This document shows positions 1 through 10,450 of a stretch of DNA of 64,000 bases, piece after piece; position 1 is the first letter of the stretch, and the number at the start of each line of letters is the position of its first letter. Below the pieces are notes generated by a model. That model saw only the letters and a program-made list of their open reading frames with translations. It did no database searches and was not told the DNA's origin. The DNA lies in NCBI GenBank assembly GCA_004022145.1, contig RCNU01000002.1; one strand, 5' to 3'. The translations under genes were made by a program, and so were the position numbers. The DNA is from Paecilomyces variotii (lineage: Eukaryota).

Positions 1-662
1 GCTTGGCGGAGGATGATCAGCGCGGCTCTACCTAAATTCATTCATTGAGCGGTTAAAACAGAGTGATATTATTATTTTTATTATCATGCTTTCTGGTTCC
101 CCGTGAAGGATGATGAACTCGAACTGCTGTTCACAATTGTTCCATTGATCTGCTGGAGAGAAAGAGTATTTTGGTCAATTAGGATGCCGGAGCCTGGAGG
201 ATGGCGATAGATACCCACTGTGGGATCGACATAGCTTGTTGTGCTTCTGTGCTGCTGATAGGACGAGGAGGAGAGACTATCTCTTGTCATGTAGAGTACA
301 TCCATGTGCGCGATGTGCTGTGCTGCACTGTGCTGCACCATGCTGCAATGATAAGTATAGTACACCGAGTGCATTGAGGTAGATAGGATGTATCACTAGT
401 TATCATCAGACTGGACGAACTGGGTGCAGCTGCAGACGCACGAGTTAGCTGGATACCATCAATGCTTGATAGGTGGCTCGACAACAGCTATCTAGAGGAG
501 ACTAGACTGCTTGGGAACTGAGTATCCCAGCTGGATCAGCTCGAGCTAAAGCTCAAGCTGGATTGCTAAGATAGTCAAACAACACTCTCCCTGTCTTGAG
601 TAGAAGACTCTTAATCAGATCAACCTATCTACCCGCCGCAAGCGTCACCGCTCACGCTGCCT

Positions 663-724
663 CCATCCATCCATCCCATCCCATCCCATCCTATCTTATC
701 CTATCCCATCCGATCCCAACCCAT
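663..724. repeat. Imperfect (CCAT)n/(CCATC)n/(CTATC)n microsatellite
   Basis: ccatccatccatcccatcccatcccatcctatcttatcctatcccatccgatcccaacccat read directly. Confidence 0.85.
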
Positions 725-1996
725 TTGATTCGAGATGTGGCGGTCTAGGAATTGTCTCGTCTGACGCGTGGTTTCTTGTTTCTTCCTCCCGCTCCCCGAG
801 AGTATAATGGTTCGGCTTCCACGGTAGTAAATCATCCCCATTGTGGTCAATCTCCTCAATCTCTCCTCAATCTCGCAATTCCTGTTTTCGCGTCGGATGC
901 GGCAAGTGGCCAGACATTCCCGGCCAATCATTGGGAGCAGGCCAATCCCGGTCCGTTTCGCTGGCATTTTTGCTTGTCTCAGAATCCAAACAGGGTCTGT
1001 TTAGTTAGTTAGTTGGTTAATTAGTTAATTACTTGATTAGTGGGTTGAATTGATTAGTTCGTATCATTATTATCATGATGGGTATTATTATTATCATTTT
1101 GCTGTTTGCGGACATGATCCCGCAGTAGCAACTCATCCATCTAATCATCCCATCCACCATCAACAATGAGATGTATCCCGAGACATCACGGCTCTCCCCA
1201 AACAAGGGGCGCAGAACAATGTCCATTGTGTCCATTGCAGAAATCCAAGCAAAAAACGGTTTGCCGTCTTCGATCGCACAAGGGATCGGCCATGGCTCAT
1301 CCACCCCCTCCGCATGCATGGGTTCGGGTCGGTCGGGTTGTCGGTCGCGATAATACTTAATCGTCAAGGGACTGCGCCGGTAGAGATGCTCTAGATGGCT
1401 TTTTTAGTCCTTCATGCGCGCGCCCCCTCACGCTGAAACCTGCAATCCCTGGTTAGTTGCATCCTTAGCTGTTCTCTCCGATCCAGTCGTGTTGTCTCCA
1501 GGCCGATCCGCAGTTGTTGTCGACCGACTCTTCACGACAACTACTTCAATTCCTCTCTCTTCTTGCTCCTCCTCCTCTCAGTGTTTTGTCCACCAGAATT
1601 CCCCCAGCGGAGACTGCGGCCAGGAAGTTGGGCCAGGTCAGGATAGGTCGAGAACAGAGAGAGAGAGAGAGGACCGGACCGGGCAGCACAGGTCGAGATT
1701 GGGATAATCCCACGCTGCAGGTCATACAAGGGCCTATCTACGTTGCAAGAACAGAAACAAGAAACAAGAAACCAGAAAAAAAAGAGGGTCGTTTTCTTTT
1801 CCTTTGTGCCAATTTCTACACTTCTGACGAACCCATCACCGGTGCCAGACACGTGTTGCATCATCTCTCGTTCCATCCATTATTTCCCATCTCATGTACA
1901 CGGGACAGAAAGGGCAGTAGGCCCTGGTTTGGCAATATCCCCCTTGACCGTTTCTCTCCCCCCCAGTCTTTACCCCCCAGTGGTTCATCATCCATC

Positions 1997-4900
1997 ATGG
2001 GAGGCTCTCAGTCGACCCAGTGGCCACCGGAACGCAGCCAGCGTCAACAACGGCGGCCGTCCAACCGGCTGTCCAAACCGCCGCGGAGCAATTCGTCGTC
2101 GAGCGCGATGAAAGCCAATGTTTCCAACACAGAAGCGCCGCGCAGAGAGGCTCCGCTGGACTGGCGGGACCCGTGGATGAGGAATTCCGCTCCGGACATT
2201 GTGCGGGATTCCGCCAATGATAATAATAATAACGACGAGCGCGGACACCGGCGGGTGCAGTCGTTCCCTTCCTATTCGGTCGTCAGCTTCAACGCTCCGC
2301 CGCGGACGCCCGTCGACCGCGGAAACAGGAGCTGGTCGTACATTGGCGATGCCGCCGCGCCCTCCCGCCAGCTGTCCCGCTCCAGCTCCCAGGCCTCCAA
2401 CTTCTCCGTGCGGCGGTCTTCCGTGGCTGAACCCAGTCGATCGCGTATGCCACCGCCTCAGCGCATCCATTCCTACCAGTTTGAGCCCCAGGACATCGAG
2501 CATGCCATCCAGGAACGCCCCGCGGAGGAGGCCAAGTATCACCAGGATTTCTCCTCAGTCGATGCCCACCGCTTCTCGCTCATCCGCCGCAAGTCCCTGC
2601 TCACGCCGGGTCTCGCAACCAGGGAGCCGGAAGCCGGTTATCGCCATTCCTACTCGGAGCCCCTTCTGAACGCCAGCAGTTGTTCGGTCGAGGCATCAAG
2701 AACGTCGCAGTGGCCGCTCTACGAACCAGAATATCTCTCCCAGCCCATCGGGGCATGCTCCCCGAACGAGCATGAGTATTCGCAGCTAGGAACCCTCCGA
2801 TTTGGGTCTTTACGGGTCGTCAATGGCACCTCCTCTCCATCATCCAGTGATCGTTCTCTCAGACAGGGCCCTACACCACCAGCCAAGCGGCCTGGTGACC
2901 GTTCGAGTGAGTCCAGCCGCAGCCGCGATGAATATCGCAAGAGTGACACCCGTTTTCCCCGGTTTGACCAGGATGCAGATGAACAGCCCAAGTCCCCTCC
3001 GAATGGGAGCTCGAGGGCCGAGCCCAAAGCTCGCCCTGCTGCTGAGCCGGAGTCCTCGGGTTCAAGCACGCCCCGGAACCGGCATCAGAAGACCGTCTCG
3101 AGCCCGCCGTCACTCCTGAGGATCTCCTCCCAGCTCGCCGAAGGAAAAGCAGCTGAGAAGGATGAGGTCCCGGACAGCCCTTTTTCCTTTGAGAAGTCAC
3201 CCGCGCTTCCTACGCTTCCTAGACACAGTGCGCTGTTTCCGGCACAGGTAGAGGACGAGGGCATCCACCTCACCGATAGCGATATCTCCACCCCGGGCAC
3301 GAGTCGATCCAAGCTGGACTGGACTGCTGGCAGCGATCCCGCCGTACAGGACGGCATGCGGCGCATGCGGCGGTCCCGCGCTGGAGATAAGCCCGATTCT
3401 GGCTACAGCTCTACGACCTCGATCTGGTCGATCCCAGAACCAATGAAGAGGGACTCCTTCAGTTCTCAGACCTTGCAGCACTACCCCTATTGGCGCTCTT
3501 CGGGCATCAGCGTCGGTGGTCCTCGCGAGAAAGGTCCAGACGATACGCTCCCCACCAACGGCAAAGGGCTTCGTCGAGTGAGCAGTCCGGAACTGGGCGA
3601 GTTTGGAGGCGAGGCGACGGTACGCCGTCCGTCGCGATTCCAGAGACTCAGCACGGAGTTAACTCGTCCGCGAGACCTGTCTCTTCCAAGATCACGCGAG
3701 TCTCGTCGACGGCAAGAGAGAGAGACCGCAGAGGCCGCAACCCTGTGTCGCGAGAGCGAATCCAGAGCCAGATCTACGAGCCGCTTCAGAACAGGGCAGA
3801 AATCACGCTCAACGCCTCGTCCGCCCAGCAGTGGGAAGAACAGTCCGCCTCGATTCTATGCCGATCTCAACCCCGGCAGTGTGCCTCCTGCGTCGTCTGG
3901 TACGGCCGCGGGACATAAGAGTCGAGGTCGCCAAGAAGACGCAAACGATGACTCCCGGCGCAAGCGTCGCTTCTCTACCAGCCAGCTCAAGAACGGAATC
4001 AAGAACCTACTTCTTGAGGTGAAGACTGGGGGTTCCAAGAGTTCTTCTGACTTGAAAACGGACCGGCCTTCGGACAAGCGCGCATCGTTCGACTCACGAA
4101 GGGCGCATAACACACCTCGCACGAGTCGTAGTGTCGAGCTGCCTCGATCGAGACCGAGGGCGAGGTCAGATCCTTATGGAGGTGCCAGACCAGCTTCTGA
4201 ATGTCGGATCCCCCGTCCCCAGACGAGACATGGACCCCCCGGCTATGATAGGCCTCCGTCTCGCTCTCCTGCCAGACAGCGATCCCCACGCGTGAAGGAG
4301 GAAGTTCCCCCAATCCCAACATTGCCTACGATGGACGAGATCTGGAAGAGAGAGAAAAGACGATCATCCGGCCTGTTGGCTTCAGTCATGAGCTTGGACG
4401 AGCTGCAGAAACTAGAGAAGTTAGAGAACAGAAGATCGGACATCTCCATGCTAGGTGAAGGAAGCAAGAGTCAACCGACGCTGTCCACCAGTCCCCCGTC
4501 GACTACCAAGGACACAAGGAGGGAAGATCAACGCAGGTCCTATCATGCACCGGCTGAGAATGGACGGAGGAGAGATTCTATAGCGAAGCCCGGTCCAGCT
4601 GAGATACCTAGTGTTGAGGAAAGGCGAAAAAGTATCCCCAAGTTAAACGAGTATGCGCAAGCACATCGACGGTCGGTCTCCGATATCACGCCGAACCCAG
4701 CACAGACGAATGGTCACACCAAGCCTGACTCGCCTCAACATGACAACCCGCGTGGCCGTGCCAGAAGCCGCAGTATCGCGAACCCACAGGCAGATCCTCA
4801 GACACAGTCTGGTCCATACGTGACAAGCCTGCGGAGTCCTCCACCAGAACTGTTTGAGCAGCAACGGCCCAGACTGGCGAGTCCACCAAGTGCGCGTCCG

Positions 4901-5560
4901 AACGGACCGAGACCAGGACCCAATACGAATAGCCGTATGAATCTCAAACTGACTATTCCGCGAGATCCTTCCCCTGTATCAACTGCGGGATCTGATTTCA
5001 TCGACCGGTACCCGAGATTCGGAAGTCCAAAGAGTCCGCGTTCCAGCACGTCGTCACTTGTATTAAGTGACAAGCAGACACCCACCAGTCCGAAGAGTCC
5101 ACGGAGTCGACGATCGAGCATGTCATCTGAAGCTTTTGCTGACAAGAACGCACGAATGAGGAGCCCACTGAGTCCCCGTCCGAGAGTCTCATCGGAAGTG
5201 TATGACAAACAGGCGCGCATAACGAGTCCGTCGCGGGTGACTAGTCCCAGAAGCATGCGTTCGAGCATCTCATCCGAGATATACGACAAGCAGGCTCGGA
5301 TGATGAGCCCGCCTCGGGTGACGAGTCCAAGGAGCGTGCGCTCGAGCGTTTCATCCGAAGCATTTGCGGATAGGCCGCCGCGAGTTTCGAGTCCGCGCAG
5401 CGCATGTTCCAGAGGGTCAAGTGGACCCGATTTCTTTGATCGATATCCGAGGTTTGGCAGTCCAATAAGCATGAAGTCGGTCACTTCTATACCAGAAACC
5501 CTCGTTGACGAGCGGAGAAATCCTCGATTCAGCTTCGAGAGCGGAGTATCCCGAGGCTGA
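1997..5560 (+). CDS. Large low-complexity Ser/Pro/Arg-rich protein (~1187 aa), probably disordered, with possible N-myristoylation site and C-terminal SP-rich repeats
   Basis: Uninterrupted ORF 1514..5560 opens at a non-ATG codon. The first in-frame ATG is at 1997 (catcATGG) and gives MGGSQS, matching MGxxxS. No globular domain recognised. Confidence 0.8.
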   Translation: MGGSQSTQWPPERSQRQQRRPSNRLSKPPRSNSSSSAMKANVSNTEAPRREAPLDWRDPWMRNSAPDIVRDSANDNNNNDERGHRRVQSFPSYSVVSFNAPPRTPVDRGNRSWSYIGDAAAPSRQLSRSSSQASNFSVRRSSVAEPSRSRMPPPQRIHSYQFEPQDIEHAIQERPAEEAKYHQDFSSVDAHRFSLIRRKSLLTPGLATREPEAGYRHSYSEPLLNASSCSVEASRTSQWPLYEPEYLSQPIGACSPNEHEYSQLGTLRFGSLRVVNGTSSPSSSDRSLRQGPTPPAKRPGDRSSESSRSRDEYRKSDTRFPRFDQDADEQPKSPPNGSSRAEPKARPAAEPESSGSSTPRNRHQKTVSSPPSLLRISSQLAEGKAAEKDEVPDSPFSFEKSPALPTLPRHSALFPAQVEDEGIHLTDSDISTPGTSRSKLDWTAGSDPAVQDGMRRMRRSRAGDKPDSGYSSTTSIWSIPEPMKRDSFSSQTLQHYPYWRSSGISVGGPREKGPDDTLPTNGKGLRRVSSPELGEFGGEATVRRPSRFQRLSTELTRPRDLSLPRSRESRRRQERETAEAATLCRESESRARSTSRFRTGQKSRSTPRPPSSGKNSPPRFYADLNPGSVPPASSGTAAGHKSRGRQEDANDDSRRKRRFSTSQLKNGIKNLLLEVKTGGSKSSSDLKTDRPSDKRASFDSRRAHNTPRTSRSVELPRSRPRARSDPYGGARPASECRIPRPQTRHGPPGYDRPPSRSPARQRSPRVKEEVPPIPTLPTMDEIWKREKRRSSGLLASVMSLDELQKLEKLENRRSDISMLGEGSKSQPTLSTSPPSTTKDTRREDQRRSYHAPAENGRRRDSIAKPGPAEIPSVEERRKSIPKLNEYAQAHRRSVSDITPNPAQTNGHTKPDSPQHDNPRGRARSRSIANPQADPQTQSGPYVTSLRSPPPELFEQQRPRLASPPSARPNGPRPGPNTNSRMNLKLTIPRDPSPVSTAGSDFIDRYPRFGSPKSPRSSTSSLVLSDKQTPTSPKSPRSRRSSMSSEAFADKNARMRSPLSPRPRVSSEVYDKQARITSPSRVTSPRSMRSSISSEIYDKQARMMSPPRVTSPRSVRSSVSSEAFADRPPRVSSPRSACSRGSSGPDFFDRYPRFGSPISMKSVTSIPETLVDERRNPRFSFESGVSRG

Positions 5561-6320
5561 AGACGGGCAACATACATATCGTTTCCAGTATACTGTACTG
5601 GAAATCATTGCATTATCTTCTTTTCTTTTTTTTTTTCTCGATCCACATACTCAGCATGCTGTGGTATCCTGTTCATTTCTTAAGGGAAGGGGTGGCCTAG
5701 TGATATATACCCGGCGTTCTGAAGGTCATTTGAAATTACTGGTTCTTTTTCGTTCCATCTAGGCGCCAATCTCTTCTGGGTATCTCTGTCTGTTTTTCAT
5801 TCCGTAACGCATACGTTTCTCCTTCTTATCTTATCAGTTTTGTCTTCGCATACAGTTATCACCTGCCTTCATTATCGGAGTTTCTTGGGGTATGGGGACC
5901 ATATATTGCCATCATATCTTCATTTCCATTATCAACGAGGCCAGCGGACACACAATCTGTTGTCACGGTTACATTAGAATGAAACCACTCATTGAAGACA
6001 TAACTACATGGAGTTAAAGGGAAATACATACGTCTTGAGGAATACATTCTTTCTGTGAAATATCTATCAATATATAACGTGATGTCAGAAAGTATTATCA
6101 TAGCTCTTTGCGCAAGGCTATACTACTCTACAGTAGAGAGAAAGATAGTCTTGTAGTGCATTGTATGGAACCGTGTCCACTTCTAATCTTTATCTGGCGA
6201 TCTCCTCTTGCTCAATTTCTTTCTATCTTTGGATGATTCATTCGTCGATATGGATATATTCATGAACACTCCTTGGTAACTCGGAGCAGATACTACAGCC
6301 TCTGTCCGACAAGTCGGGAG

Positions 6321-7838
6321 ATTCTGCCAGTTCTAATTTTTCACCGTCTTCTAGATGGAGAAGTGGTCAGTAGAGAGCGAGGAGCTCGTTAAAACATCAC
6401 GAACCCTCCCCCCCCCAACAAATCCTTCTTTCTTATCCTCTTCAGCTTGAAGTAATGTAATGTAATGCTCAAACCATAGAAAAGACATTGTATTATCTCT
6501 AGATACAGGCACCATTGGTTGATCCTGGGTTATGGGTTTCTAGTGTTACGAGCAGTGTTGCGGAGCCACTCGTCATTCATCTGCAACGCATAAGCAGCGC
6601 GGTGGCAAGCGGTCGTGTAATCATTGAAGGTACTGGCCTTATAGTACTGATGAACGGTAAGGTTCCGGAGGGAGTTGGTAACCTTATGAAACATTTCATC
6701 TTTGTAGTCATCCGGGTTGATATCGGCTTCGCCAGCCAACCTCATGAACTCAACAAGGAAATCGTGATACTTCTGATCGGTCTTCATCTGAAGCCGGGTG
6801 AACTGGCGATTAGCATTCCAGCGACGGCTCGGATCGTGGAAGATTACTTGGAGGTAGGTGAAGATCTCGTCAGCTGATTTGTACGGGTGAGCAGATTCCT
6901 CACGGAACCTAGGACCTGCGTAGGCCATGGCCTTGCCGCCAAGTCGACTCTGAGCGTAGGTAGGCTATACGCAGAGATTCGTTATCGTAGTAGTAATGGT
7001 CCGCGTTAGTCTTGAGCTTGCTTTTCATCTGGACGACCCAGTCTTCGAACTTTGGGTTCTTTCCATCAGTCAAGAGGGGTGGGTCACGTTTGTTCCAAGC
7101 AGCTAAACTTCCTCCTCTATGGAAACGAAGGGCATACTCCGCTGTGGCATTTCGGTATTTGTCTCGTTCCTGAACTAGGATCTGGATCTGGGCAGTCAAA
7201 TCTCTGATCTTGGTTTCGGATTCCTGAAGCTGCTGACGAAGGTCAGGATCATATTCGTTGTTCATTGCGAGTCTGGTGTTCAGCCTGATTCATTTCCTGG
7301 AGCCTTTTTTCGTGGTATTTGAGGGTTTCCCACACTGAGTGAGGGTCATCACGACAGATGGTCAAAAATTCTCGATAGGTGATCTCCCGCGGGGCTTCCC
7401 CAGCACGGTGGATAAAAACGCAGCGGCGGTCATCGTTTCTGGGTTCGTTCTGGACACCAGAGACCTTAGAAGAGGGGTCTGGTTCGCCGATAGGTTCAGC
7501 GGTTCTAGCCATGATGGCTGTCTCAAGGGGTTCTGATCAGAGGTCTTCAAGAGGATGTTGTATGCCGTGCCCTACTTAGTGACGCGTTACGCGCCCCCAA
7601 TAGGGAACTTTTGGATGTTAAAAAGATAGTATAGTAAGAAGAGAGCTTGAAGTAATGTAATTCTCAGACCATCGAAAAGACGTTGTATTGTCTCTAACTA
7701 CAGGTAACTAGCATCTAAGTAACTAGAACTTCAAGCTGAATAGTAGGAGAAGAAAGTGCGGAGGTTCGTGGTGGTTTAACGAGCTTCTCGCTCCCTAAGT
7801 ACTTACTGACCGCTTCTCCAACTGAGACCTGGCAGAAT
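6321..7838. repeat. Imperfect inverted repeat pair 6321-6453 / 7728-7838 flanking the gag relic
   Basis: Left copy attctgccag...tggagaagtggtcagta...gagcgaggagctcgttaaaacatcacgaacc...ttcagcttgaagt matches the reverse complement of acttcaagctgaa...ggttcgtggtggtttaacgagcttctcgctc...tactgaccgcttctcca...ctggcagaat. Confidence 0.85.
6444..7704 (-). mobile_element. Degenerate, internally deleted Ty3/gypsy-like LTR retrotransposon (gag only) with LTR fragments
   Basis: Three overlapping frameshifted minus-strand ORFs (7249-7512, 6909-7265, 6530-6928) with gag-like motifs FEDWVVQMKSKL and EIFTYLQVIFHDP...FTRLQM...YHDFLVEF. Direct repeat 6444-6509 / 7644-7704. Probable LTR end (...ggcatacaaca on minus strand) at 7556, just upstream of the gag ATG at 7512. 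No pol. Confidence 0.75.
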
Positions 7839-8494
7839 TTCCTGTTGCAATAATAGTTAGCAATTCAGGTAGTTAGTTAGTGAGATTATATTAATAAAGC
7901 AGGAATACCCTTTCAGGAAGTATTTACGCAGCAGGTAGCTTGGCGAAATATTAAGAGGGAGAAAGAAAAGATACTGATTAATTCAATTGCAGTACTAAAT
8001 TTCATGTTCAATATAGTCCTGTTTATATAATACTATTACTCCTTGGTAGGTAGGTAGATAGGTAACTACTACTAGCTCTAGAGTTAGAAGTCCTTAGCTA
8101 ACTCCCCTGCAGTATAAAACTTATCATACTCTATGATGAGTATATTCACTAACTATAATCTACAACAGAGCAAAGTCAAGATCTTTACTTATAATTTTGT
8201 GTGAAAGGAGAGAAAGACCCATTAATGTATGTTTTGATAATGGCTTCGTTGAATTATTAAGCTATGCATAGCTAAATTATGGTACATAAGGTATCAAAGA
8301 AAGCCTGGGCCCAAGCAACTTCGAACTCCATATCCCGTGAAAACGCATTCCGAAACCGTTCCAGAGCAATATGCGAGAAGAACAACTGAAGGTCATCATG
8401 ACAAGTCGTGAAAATGGATGTCGTCAAGACGCCGATGAGGAGTTAGGAAGAGGTCAGAGAGAGTAATGTGTGGAAGTGGTAAATGGTTGGTTTT

Positions 8495-9079
8495 TTACTC
8501 GACTCTGATTTTCTTCAAAGTTGGGGCGGCAGCCTTTGGAACAAAGATTGAGAGGATGCCGTTCTTCAGGCTGGCCTTGACGTTGTCCTGGTCGACTCTC
8601 GTTGGGAAGGTGAAGGTGCGCTGGAATTCACCGATCGAGCGCTCGCTGATCCAGTACTTGTGCTGAGGCTGCTCGGTTTGCTTCGCGACTTGCTTATCGG
8701 ATTTGGTCACGGCGTTGGTTGTTTCGGCGGACTCCTCCTCATCCTCAACGGTGGGCTGGTGAGGCTTGTGGCCCTCGATTTGCTTTTGGTTCTCATCGAC
8801 GTTGGTCTTGGTGGATTCGCGCTCAGAGCGGCCCTTGATGACGAGCGTCTCAGCGTCGCTGAATTCGATCTCAACATCCTTCTGGTTGACTCCAGGAAGC
8901 TCGCCGTCCAGGTAGTAACCTTCCTGCGACTCCCTCACATCGAACTTGGGAGCGAAGGTGCGGACGGGAGTGACCTGCTGGGTGTTCTTCGGACGAGTAG
9001 CACGGTGGCTGTCGTAGTCGTCCAGAAGACGGAAGAGAGGAGCGAAGTCGTCAGAAGGGAATCGTGTGAAGTAAGCCAT
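8495..9079 (-). CDS. hsp30: Small heat shock protein (HSP20/alpha-crystallin family, Hsp30-type)
   Basis: Starts MAYFTRFPSDDFAPLFRLLDDY. Motifs PKFDVRE...LDGELPGV and ERSIGEFQRTFTFP...VKASLKNGILSIFVPK; C-terminal IRVE. Confidence 0.95.
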   Translation of the reverse strand: MAYFTRFPSDDFAPLFRLLDDYDSHRATRPKNTQQVTPVRTFAPKFDVRESQEGYYLDGELPGVNQKDVEIEFSDAETLVIKGRSERESTKTNVDENQKQIEGHKPHQPTVEDEEESAETTNAVTKSDKQVAKQTEQPQHKYWISERSIGEFQRTFTFPTRVDQDNVKASLKNGILSIFVPKAAAPTLKKIRVE

Positions 9080-9258
9080 TGTGCGTGTTGGTTGTTGGTT
9101 GTGTGTGTGTCTTCTGAGAGGAAGAGTCGTTGTGGCTTTAGAGATCTTGTGAAGTGGTCGTGGGAGTCGAATTGTTCTCAATTGCATATAAGTTATGTTT
9201 TTCTGATATTGTCTGATCTGAGGAAGAGAAGAGAGCAGACAGACTGGTCTGCTCCCAG

Positions 9259-9434
9259 TTTATATAACCAAGGGCCCTCATTCTGGAATCAACGAGCAGC
9301 ATCATGACAGTGAGATCAATCTTGTCAGCAATTGTTGCGTCTGGGGTATACCAGCTGCTTCCACTAGACGTCGATCATCCTAGACGCTTCGGCTCGCTTC
9401 CGCGCGCTTAATGCACGAATCCGCGCGAACCTTC
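9259..9434 (-). promoter_or_regulatory. hsp30 promoter: TATA box and heat-shock-element units
   Basis: TATATAAA on minus strand at 9259-9266; TTCtgGAA 9281-9288; GAAccTTC 9427-9434; a further TTCtcGAA at 9648-9655. Confidence 0.55.
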
Positions 9435-9663
9435 TAGTCCCTTCCGCGTCACGTGATGCATCCAGCAGCCAGCGTTGCAGCATTTAGATATCCAGTCCAT
9501 GTGCCAGATACTCTAGAATGACCATGGCAGTAACTTAGTTAATGCCAAAAGAGTCTTCGACTGTTTTCGAGCAAGCTCACCCACTCCCCGTGGTAGCCTT
9601 TCTCGTCCGCTTCAGATGACGAAGAACAACAACCATCAGACGGGCCCTTCTCGAAGGAACTAA

Positions 9664-10065
9664 CTACTGCGCGATGTTGCGAATGCCCGGGGACGAGTAC
9701 ATCTCCAGCTGTCGGTGACCTTTGCGCAGCAGATACTCAACGGCAGCAAAGTCCTTCTTGCTTACGTTGAGGTTCTTGCGGAACTCAGTTCTGGCACACA
9801 GCTCGTCAGCAATGCTTATTTTTGCTTCCCTGTGATTGGGCCTGGTTGATACTGCAGCAATCATTTTACACAAGGGATTATTCCTCACACACCTTGCATA
9901 GTTCCTGAAGTTTTCCTGAGCATCCTTTGCCATATTCAATCAGTTTGACTGCGTTATGTTTGATGGATCGGGTAGGCTATTCACCGTCGGCTTCTTGCGG
10001 ATCTCCCGAAAACATTGGCGATAGAGGGAGAGCACCTCTCTTTGCAGACCAGATAGTCTTGCCAT
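9664..10065 (-). CDS. SDH6: LYR-motif succinate dehydrogenase assembly factor 1 (SDHAF1), 3 exons
   Basis: Spliced product MARLSGLQREVLSLYRQCFREIRKKPT|DAQENFRNYAR|TEFRKNLNVSKKDFAAVEYLLRKGHRQLEMYSSPGIRNIAQ; LYR motif; GT-AG introns. Confidence 0.88.
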
Positions 10066-10450
10066 TGCTGTCTGGTATGCCCTGGGTGAACCTGATACGC
10101 GGTGTCCAATCCGTTGCAGGGTAAAAAAAAAAGCTTCTGGAAAAGGGAGCTAACTAGCTATGTTGCTCAAGCGCCGACTCTACGTAATAATAGAAAATCA
10201 TAAGTTCATCCCAGGTGGAAAAAGACGCAACCGCTGCCGCGTTAGTCCCGGTTGAGGGGAAAAAGGTCGGAGCTCCCGGCCGAATGCTTTGAGCCGAGAT
10301 TCGGGGTAAGTTAACGTTAACTACTATCCAAGTTCTCCAACTCTTCTTTATCATTTTCAATCTCTCTCAATTGATATTCAAGGAATATATAGACGTTTAT
10401 TATCTATTTATATATATCTAGTTATATTTACACATCAAGATCTAGCGAAA

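Noticed and set aside
1..1400. Short ORFs and (TTAG)n tracts in the first 1.4 kb
   Set aside because: No coherent exon chain or domain found; looks like promoter or UTR sequence. TTAG tracts are not telomeric TTAGGG.
1514..1996. 161-aa N-terminal extension of the 1348-aa ORF
   Set aside because: Opens at a non-ATG codon and crosses (GA)n and A-rich leader-like sequence; the first ATG is at 1997 in good context
4798..5577. 259-aa antisense ORF with its own apparent repeats
   Set aside because: Shadow of the sense-strand repeat region; no independent domain signal
7556..7570. tgttgtatg resembling the 3' end of fungal 5S rRNA
   Set aside because: No upstream 5S sequence; better explained as an LTR terminus
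8660..9307. Long antisense ORFs over hsp30, and likewise over FAH, PNO1, SPT5, the acyl-CoA dehydrogenase and RPN2
   Set aside because: Expected from the codon bias of highly expressed GC3-rich genes; no recognisable motifs
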